In this document: one piece after another, positions 28,147 through 40,100 of the stretch | Layout of the letters: each line of letters starts with the position of its first letter | Numbering within the stretch: the first letter of the stretch is position 1 | Source of the DNA: a virus | Lineage: Duplodnaviria > Caudoviricetes | DNA: 60,215 bases | Strand: one strand, 5' to 3' | IMG/VR virus record: IMGVR_UViG_3300013131_003128 | Coordinates: 1 to 60,215 of that record | Notes under the pieces: model-generated | The model's input: only the letters and a program-made list of their open reading frames with translations | Told to the model about the DNA's origin: nothing | The model's database searches: none | Made by a program: the position numbers and the translations under genes

Positions 28147-31100
28147 TTATTGCGGCAAACTCACTTCTTTTGCACGCAAGAATCTAGCTATATCATTCTC
28201 TGTTTGACTCAATGCTGTGTCTGCATTCCATAGTTTACCCAGCCTACGCACCACTGTAATGCGGGTATTTATGGGAGGTGCCACAGTCAAGGTTAAAGTA
28301 GTGGAAGTACCAGTAACACTGAATTCAGCTGGTAAAATCACATCTGCTTCAGGACTGTCCATTCCCAGCGCAACATTGTATTGATTGATACTGTTTTTTC
28401 TTAATCTTTTGCCTGCCACAAACACTTCGAATTCATTGGCTGATTGAGGAATCCAGCTCAAAGTAATATTTTGAGTGGATCCATCACTGGTAAACACCTC
28501 TGTGACTGTTTCATCAGCATAAGGAACATTTTGGAAAGCAGACTGGTCAAATGTTTCAACTCCCACTGCATGCACTGTTTTAATACCAGTGCCCAATGTG
28601 CCTCGTCTCAATTGACCCACTCTGTTGTTGTGTTTTAAAAAATATTCTATTCTTTCGCCATCAATAAACAACACTCCTGGTCTGCCAGCCAGAGGATTAG
28701 GCACAGTCAATCCTGTGGTATCCGTTAAAAATATTTCTTGACTGTACCAATATAAATTTTGAGTCAAGTAATATTTGTAATCATTACCAAGACGTTTGTA
28801 GTGTGTTCTGTTTAGCATGTCTTTGAATTGTCTAAATCCAAATTTTACATTGTATTTGGGAGCGGTAAAATGTACAATATCCAAAACGTCGTTAGGCTGA
28901 AGAGGAGTGCGTATTTTCAACAACTGTTGATCATTTGAAATTTTATAATCCACGCTTGGAGATAGAGTGGTGCCATTCACTGACACCCATACATATTGTG
29001 CATCCAGAGCAGGATCGCGCAGACGCACAATGCCGTTGGTTAAATTTTGATATTCAAAATAATCTTCACTGTTAACCACCAAAGTGCTTCTAGCCACCAC
29101 ATCATAATTAATGCGTTCTATTTGTTCCACGTCATGATTGGTGAACTGCCATACTTTGATTGTTTGACCAATCGTTGGTGCAGTGTCTAAGGTGAGCACA
29201 TTGCCAACCACTGTGTAGTCGCCGTCTGAAATCACATACACTTTTAATTTATCACCCACAGTGCCCACACCTAATTCTAAAAACACACTGCTGCTGGCAC
29301 TTTCCCATCTGTATTGAGTGGTCACAAGTTCTATGCCATTAAGAAATACTCTCACATCAGTGTTTAAAACTGATCCAATAGGCTGTTGCCAATTGTTGAG
29401 TGCATACTGTCTGTTTGCTGTGACATCAAATCTTTCGTTGTATCCGGCATTCAGCACACTGTTGCCCACTTTCACTATCACATTGTGTGTGAGTGGTTCT
29501 TGATTGAAAGGCGTAGCACTTAAAGTGTACACAGCAGTGCTGCCATCACCTAAAAAATCATCATAAGTGACTTCACTGAAAGTTTTGCTGACACTGTTGT
29601 ATATCACATAAGTGATCACACTGCCTGCTGCTGGAGGTATTGCAAATCTTATCAATGTCATGCCAGTGTATTGATATCCACTGTCGGTTTCTCCTACAAT
29701 GTAACTAACTGTTTGACCATTCACTTTGACATAAGATGTTTGATTGACGTTGTATTTGGCTCTGGTCACAAATATAAATGTGCTGCCATCTCCCAAAAAT
29801 GTATCTGTGTCCACAATGCTTTCACCATTGATACTCATGGTGATTATGTTTATCTGTGCATTCATGGCCGGAGCACTGTTGAAAATCACAGTCTTGGTGG
29901 GGAAGTCAGTGGTGTACAAAGAATTGCTCATAATCACATTATTCACTTTGACAAACACACCTTCTTGACTTTGTGGCAATGAATCTATAACAAAAGTTGT
30001 GGTGGTTCCATTGCCTTTGTAATTGTAACTGTTGATTCTGCTGCCGGTTTCTCCTGATCTATCATACACTTGTATGTCCACTGTGTCCAACACTTGTCCT
30101 GGAACTAATTCTTCTGGACCTTTGCTGGTGGTCGGTGTTACAAATCCATCACCATCCACAATGATATCTTGTGAAAGTATTCCTGTGGCAGTGTTGTAGG
30201 TCAAATCACCTCCTTGCAATAGTGTGTCATAGGCATCAGGATCTGGCAAGAAACTGCCATCACTGGTGGATTTGCGTATCACAATCAAATCATTGTTCAC
30301 TGTGGGAATCACTTGCTCGTCAATCTGCACCACTGTGGTGCTGCCATCGCCCACAATGGTCTTCATCAGTGCATTGGGATTGCTCACTGGTTGAGGTGTG
30401 CCATAGTTGGGATCATCTATACGCACTCCATTTTTATAAATGTTGTAATTTACACCTGCTGCCAATGGCTGACTCAGCACAAAAGTGTTGGTGCTGCCAT
30501 CCAATCTAAACACTTCATCTTCAAATGTGGTATCATAAGTGTCCCAAGTGGAAGTAAAATAAGGATCAGCGTCCCATCCTGTGCCTCCACCAAATGAAAA
30601 ACTTCGCACCTCTACTCCGCCATAGTCTATGCCGTCAATCAATTGAGCCAAATCTTTGCCCAGTTGACCTGTGGTGGGTTCATACAACAGATTTACTCTG
30701 TCTTGCGTTTGCAACACGTTGGCATCTATTTCATATTGAATTTGTATGGTACTGCCCAATGCTGGAGGCTGATTAAATGTAACGAATCCTTTATAACGCA
30801 GATATGACTTGCTGGTATCTTCTGCATTGTTATAAATGTATTCGCTGAACAATGCTCTTCTTTGATTCACTGTGACTGTAATTTTATTAGACTTAAGATT
30901 GATGGGCCACTTCAATAAAAATTTAAGTTGATTGCCTGAACCAACAAAATTTTCTGTTCTCACAAGATTAGTGATCAACAATGTGCCCGTTGTTCTATCA
31001 AATTTTACTCTGATATGCGTGGATTTGATCAAAGAATCACCCAGTACAGCCACAGCAGTGGCAGTAACACCGCCAGTGCTCAAAGTTCCTTGAATACTGA

Positions 31101-34100
31101 TTGTAGGAGCTGATATGTAACCTGATCCTTGATTAATAATTTCAATGCGTGTGACTTTGCCATTGGTCACGTATGCTTTAGCAGTGGCTCCTGTGCCTCC
31201 ACCACCTGTAATATGCAACACAGGCACGCCCAAATATCCACTGCCTGCGTTGGAAATTTTAATGTCTTTTATTTTAAAACCTAAATTGTCGAACCAGTGC
31301 TTGTTGGGGTATGTGTCTGTGAAATTGTATCCATTTATTTGATTGTTGGCAATTTTAGCCACACTAACTTCTATTTTATTGGTTTGCGCATTATAAGTAG
31401 CTGGCAGATCAAAATCAGTTACTCCCATAGGATCATTGTCTAAAAATTCATAAGCACTGATGTATTCTCTTATTTTTGTTTTGTAGGGTTTTGCTTCGTT
31501 GATATAATCTTGATAATTTTCTAAATTGTCATTTTTATAAGCCACTTTTTGAGATAATTCTCCCACATTGTGTTTGCCTTTGACAAAGCTGGTTTTAAAT
31601 GCCCAGTCCACTGAAGATTGTTCAGAAAATACATATCGTAAGCTGGCAAAAAATAGTTGATTGTATTCAGTTTCTAACTCATCCACAAAAATACTATCTC
31701 TTATGGTTTCCAATATGATTCTTGTTTCTGTGATAGGTTGATAATCATATGTGGTTAAATCATAACTGGTGCTGTTAAAGCCTACACTGATCGACGATGC
31801 AAAGTCAAATAACTGATTGGAAAATTGTATGGTTCCGTTCTGTCTACCCACAGTTTTGTAATTGATGGTGTAGTCTACATCTGGTTTATTGTCTATTTTT
31901 TCCAACAAAATCCAACCACCAGTGCCTATATTTTCAATCTTTACAATGTCACCAATTGCATCATCTATCAGTTGCAATTTGTAACTGTCAGAAATGCTCT
32001 GATCTATTTCTGTAAATTTTCCATATCCGTCCGCATACCAGTCCACATAATTCCAAAATAAATTGACATTGTAGGCTTGCAAGACACTTCTATTCCAAAT
32101 GCCTTCTGCTTCATCCCAGTTGTAAATGGCCCATTTGCCATTGATATTTTCATCAGATTTAATCAGCACACTGAATTTTCTTACCTCGATGCGTGTGTTG
32201 TTGCTGTAATTGCTGCCACTGCGATTCACTGTGACATTGGTTATTTGTCCAAACACATTGGTGGTTAGTGTAAGTTCAGCTCCTGATCCTGTGCCTCTAG
32301 GATCTATTATTTTATAAGTTGGCACCACTTTGTAACCACTGCCACTGGCAGCAATGTTCACTGTGATTATTTTTCCGTCCACAATCACTGGTGTCAATAC
32401 TGCGGGTGTCACATTGGCTGTGCCAACAAAAGCTAGATCGGCAAATGAATCTTTGCTGAGATCATACAATCTTTTCACGCTGCTGGGTACGGTTTCTGAT
32501 TCTGATAATCTACTGATGTCATTATTGTAAACTATTAAATTTTTTAGACAAACTGCGTTGATTCTTTCAATCAATTGTTTTAATGCTTCAATACGATTTA
32601 TAAACCAGCTTTGTCTTGGTTTTCTCAGCGTGCCATATTTGTATTTGGTGCTGAGTTTTTCGTCAGGTACTGTGCGAAAATTTTCATCATAACCTATCAA
32701 ACTGTTAAACCATACAGACTCTATCTCCTTGTTGGGTCTACTGTAGTTCACTCCATCACTTATCAATTGATATTGATTGTGTATGTTGATATTTTTATCA
32801 GCTATGTTCCAAAAACTAAAATTAATAGCCACATCTTGATTTTGCAGTAAGTTAGCAACATTGTACAGTGAAAATTTATTATCACTCAACAATGTCACAT
32901 GTCTATAAAATTGTTTTCTTGGATCTTCTATCAACTGTGCCACATCAAATGCACTGAGTTTTTTTCTGCCTTCAATGTTGGGCAACGTAGTTTTATTTTT
33001 CACCCAAAAATAATATCTCACACTGAAACTTTGGGAAATATAGTCATACACACGTCTTTCAGCGTAGGTAGATGTGTTGTAGCGAGCAGTGCCGCTTATG
33101 CCTGCCAGCACAGCCGCTGCAGAATTACTGCTGGCCAATGCATTCCATTCTTGTGGAGTATAAATTGATTCCACCCATTCACACACATCTATGGATGATC
33201 CTGGAAATAATTTGTTCCAATAATTATTAGCAAAAATAATATTATTTTGATATGCATTGTAGAATTTTACAGTGCTCAAATCCCACCACAACCTGCCCAC
33301 TTGTTCTTTGCTCCAACTGGTTTGAGCATCCACTGTGACGCCTGTGTGTCCATTGGTGTAAACTGCTGGATCATAGTTTGTTTTGTAATATAATTCTTGT
33401 TCAGCCGTACCAGCAATTTTTCCTTGTATAGGATCCAAGTAATCCAATTTGGAAATTAATTTATTAGTTTTAACATTGTATAAAAATATAGATTTTACTT
33501 TATGTAAATCTGCTGGATACATTGGAGTCTTGTGATTTGTCCATGTGTTGGAATCTACAGACTTTCTAAAATCAATTATCAATCCTTCTGTGTTTGGAGA
33601 TGCTAGATCATTTATGTAGAAAGGCAAAGATGCATATACATGATTGTCAATAATTTTTAAATTTTTTCCAAATTCAGATAGATTGGTATTATTCACACTG
33701 AGTTCATCAGCATATATCAGCACGTGATTGTAATTTTCATACACATAGATTGACCCTGTGTTGTAAATCTTGGTGTTAAATGTGGTGGCACCTTTGTCAA
33801 AATATGTTAATCCTTGGTCTAGACTAAAATTCAATTCTGTGTCCCCATTGACACTGGACACCACTAATGTGTTTCCATCAAAATCTATATTGTTTCCAAA
33901 TCTTTCTGTGGCTTTGGGCTGTGGGCTGGAAAGCGTTTGCACTGATTGAAACACTCCATTGATTTGTTTGTACAAGTACACCACCCCACCATCTGTGATA
34001 ATTTGATCAGCACGAGGATTGGACACAGACAATAACATGCCATTGTTGCTCACTGCAATCTTGCTGGCAAATTCTGCGTTGTCTTCTCCACTGTCTGGTG

Positions 34101-37100
34101 AAGTTAGTGTTTGTGCAAATTGATATCTATTGTTGTTCAATCTATACACCACTAATTTTTTTTGAATAGTAGAGTCCACCAGATCATCAATGGCCACTGC
34201 AAGCACTGATCCTGAATCGTTCACGTCAAATGCAGAACCAAAAGATGTCAATGATTGTATGTTCTGTGTGCTGTCTCCTTCTATTGTGGGAAATGAAGGA
34301 GATCCTGGTATTGGTCCTGGTGGCACAAAACCTAAATAGTCTATGCCTTCAGGTTGTTCTTCCCAAAATATTGCATTGAAACTGCCAGGGCTTTGTATGG
34401 TTAAACTCTTGTATATGACATCATTGTATGCCACCAAATCATTGGTATAATAAGTTTCTGTGACATCAAACAAGCCTGTGTAGTATGGATCCACATTAAG
34501 GTGCCAGTCTGGCACAGTGGTAGCTTTTTTCACAAAATATAATCTACCAGCACTGGCTCCGCCATTGGTGGTTGCTGTGCCCACATAAAGAGTGGTTATG
34601 TTATTGTTCTGTCTCAGTTTTACAGATGTGCCCAATCCGAGAAAATTTCCTTCTGCTGACAAGGCTGCAGGTTGTGCTTGCGGTACTATGAAAGATTGAT
34701 ACAATGTGTAGCTGTTGTTGCGCTGACGCTGATACACCATGAATATGCCTTGCTCATTCAACCCTGAAATGTAGCCTAATCCAGCAGGTATATTGAAAGT
34801 TTGTTCATAGTCTCTGTTGGTGCGTGAAGGCACACTGGAAGTTCTACTGACTCCATCTTGAGTGATATCTTGGTACAAATAATATTCCAAACCATTTATA
34901 AAATGATATGCGCTGTTGCTGGCTGGAACAAGATTATTCACAGCATCAAACACAAACAATGAGCCCACCACTGCATCTTCCAATTCACTGCGTTGAATCA
35001 CTCCCACAGTTCTGTTGGGTGTGCCGATTAAGGTCAAATTGACTGGTGGACCAAAGTCAGTGCCCACACTGAACGATCCGGTTTTGTTTTTGATGTATAT
35101 TTGTAGTAGATTGAACCCAATCACTTTCACATAAGCAACTTCTGCTTGACTGCCCGTGGCATCATCCTGCACAGTGTCGCCCACTGTGGGCACATAAAAT
35201 AAGCCTAAACCGTCTGGCTGTGCCAGCACTCTTAAAAATCCATTCCACACATCAATTATTTCTTTCACGCCATTGAGATCCTCAAAAGGTAAATCCAAAG
35301 CAGTGGGTTCAGTCACCGCAGGAGGTGCTCCTGTCTGTATGGTGTTGTACCAGATTCCCACTTCATCATAAGTAGCAGTGGGCAGCACGTCACTCATAGA
35401 TTTGGGCACTCTCACTAGGAATCTACTGTCAAATATATCTCCTATGTAGGTGCTGTAACCAGGGATAGATTCTGTTTTGTAATAACTCAAGATACTCAAC
35501 TGACTAGCAGGTGTGATAATAGTTGGCAATATTGACTGTGCTTGTTGTGTGTCCAAACTGTTGAAATACAAGAAAGCTGTGCGTGGATCACCTGCTTTGA
35601 TGATGTCCCTCACCACCAGTGATTTTTTGTTGTCTGCCTGTGCTGATGTGGTGCCTGGTGATGGCACATCTATCTTCCACCATCCAGCCACACTGTCATA
35701 ATCTTCCAAAAATACGCGAGTGTAATCTCCCACAGGAGTAGGTCCCAATCTTATTTGTGCAGCATCTGCTAAATTACCTGTGACATTTTTTAAATATATG
35801 ATAGATTGAGTGCCTTGAGTAAAAATATATGCCACTGTGCCGTTGGCGTTATCAGTGTTCAACCCATCACCCACTAAGGGAGCAGTAATAGTCAAATCTA
35901 TGTTGATAATTTCATCAATTTTTTCATCAATCAAATGTGCTCCATCAATGAACGCTTTGTTTATGCCCACTGCTGTGCCATTGAATGGTGTGTTGCCTGT
36001 GGGATATTCTGTGGTCAAATTGTTCCAATACAATACTAAAGTGTCACCCACTGCACTGCCTCTGTATTGATCTGTGGTGGCTCTGATCAAAATGTGGTCA
36101 GCGCCCACGCCTGCAAAAGTGTAATTGCCTGTGATCATTTGTTTGATTTCAGGATAACTGTTTGTGCCAGCATCATATTCGGCTTCACTCCAAAAACTAC
36201 TGGCACTGAATGTGGTAAAGTCCACTGAAGGGTCTTGGCCCAGTACTGGATTCACCACACTCCATAATTGTTGTTTGTGCAACACTATGTCACCCACAGC
36301 ATACGATGCATTCACATTGTACACGCCTTTGTAATATGATCTCACGTTGGAGGCTTTGGGAGCACCTACCACTATGTATTTGCCATCTGGGCTGATATCC
36401 ACTGCCGCTCCAAAGTCTGCTGTGCCTGTCCAAATATTTTGTGGCACATCTATCACTTGTCTAAGAGTGAATTGACCTCCATTGCTGCCACGCTGATACA
36501 CGTACAGTCCAATATTTTGATCTGCCACCACCATCACGTTGTTGCTGTGATCCACGGCTATGCTTTGTCCATAAGAGCCGCTGCTGTCAGTGTTCCAATT
36601 TGTAATGTGTTGATGTTGTTGAAAAGTTTTTTTATTTTTTAACACTACCCAATCATCAAGATTGTTGTTTTCTATCCAAAATAAATCATTGTCTTTGAAT
36701 CCAGCAAATTCACTGGCTTTGTTGTTAATATTTTGAAGCTGGCTCAATTTGTTGCTGACAAATTTACCTAGAAATCCAAATGAAGATCCATCGTTGGTTG
36801 TCTGCTGTGTGACACCATTTTTTTCACAAGTGATTTTGTCCAACGCAACACTTTTCACTTTGAACAACTGAGTGGAGTTGAGTTGTGGGATAGTCACTGA
36901 AATTATGTCATCCTTGTTCAATAACACAGGCATATCAGTGGTCACAATAACCAAATTATTTTGTTCCTCCACTGTGAGCACTTTAGATTCAATTTTAATG
37001 TGTTTATAAATGTTCCAGCTCTGTTGAAAAAAACCTATCCACACATATTGTCCAAACTTTAGTTGTGTGGTGTCTATGGTGAGTATGTCATCATAAAATT

Positions 37101-40100
37101 TTAATGTAAAATTTACATCTTCTGGATCCACAAAACCGGCTGTTTTAACATATTCTTCCAAGCCAGTTTTGATAGGAAATGGTCTGTGATTGTAATTAGA
37201 TGATTGCAAATAGGTTTCATCAGATTTGATTCGCACCACAAAATCAGGATCTGATGGTGTAGGATCATCTGTTAACAACACAGGTTGTGGATTCAATCTA
37301 AATTTTTTTTCGTCTAACAGATACTCCACTTCATCAAATGCTTCTGCTGCACCATACTGTCCAGTTCTGATAGCCCATTCTTCATAGAACTCAATGCTGT
37401 CTTTGTCAGCGCTGGCCAATGAGTCAAACAATTTGCTCAGCGCATTTTTTGTACCTTTGTCCTGTATAAATCCTTGATAAAATTTGTATTGCGCCACGTC
37501 ATCATTAATAATGTTTTGTAGATATTCTCTCTTTTGATAGCCTATCAAATGTTGTGCTAGTTTTTGCTGTGTTACATCAAAATTATCTGTGTCTAAATCA
37601 TAAAAATCTCCAAACTGATTGGTTTTGTATTCAAAGTTTGGTCTGAGTATGCTCACAGGTCTTTGATTCAATCTAGTCCAAAATTCATTTTCAAAAATAT
37701 CACTGCCTTTGACATTTACATTGGCACTGTAAAAAAATTCTTTGTATTTGACCACATCGCTCATGGCATAATCTGTGTAAGTCTGCCATTCTTTCACAAT
37801 CACTTCGTCATACACAAATCCGGGCACATCCAAAGATCCATTCCAATCACTGACCACATATCCTATGACTTTGATCCGTTCCTGTCTGTATCCTGGAGCT
37901 AAATCATAGATTACATCATTGAACACCGTCACGTTGTCTATTAGCACCACGTGTTCTTTTTGAACTAAAGGAATTTTTACAAAATAGATTCCTTCACTGG
38001 TATTTTTTGTGGTTAAGGTAAAGTCGTTGCCTTGGCGCACCACTTGTAGTCTTTGTCGTAATATTTTTACACCGTCCGCTCTCAACACAGCGTAGTCATA
38101 AAAATTATCAAACACATTGTCTGCCACGGCGTATTGAGTTTTTAATTTCAACACATTGGCTGCAGGACTCAAAGCCAACACTGCTCCGGCTCTCCAATTT
38201 TGTGTGGTCCAAAATAAAAATTCTTGTGCGCTCAACCCCCAATTTTCTACAGTGTTGATGTCTTTGTTAAAACTGTCAAAAATAAAACCTTTGGATTCAA
38301 GATATGCAGAATATCCTAATAAAAAATCCACCACATCTTGTGGTTTGCTCAGCACTGTGCCGTAATCAATAGTAGATAGTGTGTTGGAAAAATTTCTGCT
38401 GAAAGTAGCCACTACTCCGCCTTCAGTTGGCAAGGCTGGTAATCTTTGATACTTGCTATTGTCAAATTTATTGCCACTGAAATGATCTATTTTGGCTGCA
38501 TAATACTGATTTTGAAACTGCACTATCTGTGTGGCTGAGTAGCGTTTGTTCACTGTCCACACAACATATTGACTGCTGACAGCACCAACTTTTTTGATTG
38601 GATCATCCAGCTTTTTAACTGGTTTAAAATAATTAAATTTAGGATAGTTAGAGTCATATCCTTTTATCACAAACCCTTGCGGAAGTTTTTCAATGACCAC
38701 ACCGCTGTACACCAGCACTTCAACTGGCGAACTTATATTTAGATGTATGTCGTAGTTTTCGTCTGGCACAAACACATTGCTTTTGTTCAAAGGCGACCTA
38801 CTGTCCAGCAACAGTTTAAATTTTTCTTTTTCTGTGAATCCTTTGACCCTAAAACCCAACTGTTGAGTGAGGCTTGTCAATGATTGCTTGTAATCTTGAT
38901 AATTTGTTAACACATCTGTTTTTATGTAATCTGCAATGTAGTTGATTATGCCTGAAGTCAAAATAAAATTTTCATCTTTTTGACTGTTAGGAAAAATTAA
39001 ATCTTTTAGAGATATTCTTTTTTCAGTCACATTGTTTATGATTTCATCTGTAATGTTTTTTGAAATTCTTGACACGTCAAAGTTTACGCCCATAGTGTAA
39101 GCAGGTCTATTCAACATCATTGCTTTTAACACAGCAAAAGGATAGTTAGAACTGCGTCTCCAAGCAGTTTCCACTGGAGCATGATCTCCAAATTTAAAAT
39201 TTTCAGTGGATAAACTTAAAATAAAATTTTTTGCGTAGTTACTTTCCATGGGACTGAGTAAATTACCATCTTCATCCACTGGCAAATGATTTAACAAATC
39301 AGTGCGTTTGTATCTGCTGTCATACACTAATTTTTTACCTGGCTCTCTAATCACACCAGACTGAAGATCTTCCCAAAGAATCAAGTTGTCACTGGTGTAT
39401 GGTGCTGGACCATACACTTGAGTCCACCAAGTGGGCTGCTCACTGAAGCCCAACATTTCCCAAGGATGGCTGTGTGGTCTGTCTGTGTCATAGGCTTGCT
39501 TGTAAATGGCTCTCCAAAATCCTGGCAATGGTTTGCCCATTGGAGACAGCATGTGTGAATGATTATAGGTAAAATCATTCAAACTATCATAGAAAAAACT
39601 ATTTGTGTAATCTGATCCACCAGCTAAACTGTTCCATCTAACAAAATCATCTATGATTGATTGATCAATATTTTCAATTTTATATCCTGTGTCTCTGTAT
39701 GCTCCAGGAAACAAATCATGTATGTTTCTGAAATCTTTGTTGTACACAACTTTTATATTGTTGTAGATTCTTTTTTCAAGTTCTAACAACAAGTTGTCCC
39801 TATAATCCCCAAAAGCCACGATTAGACTGCCATCATGTCCTTGGATCACAGCCACTGGATCAATCAAAGTGTCATCTTGATATATCTTTGGTTGATATCT
39901 AGGATATAAACCTAATTTGGTTGGTGTAGGTGGCACATGATTGCCTATAGTGCTTTCATATTCAAATATTTCGACCAAATCATCCACCACTAATGCTTTG
40001 GAAATCACACAAAAATTTTCATTATTGAAACTGTAATCTATGCCATGCAACAATTGTGCACCATTCAAATACACCTGCACTGCTTTGGTGCTGAGTGTGT

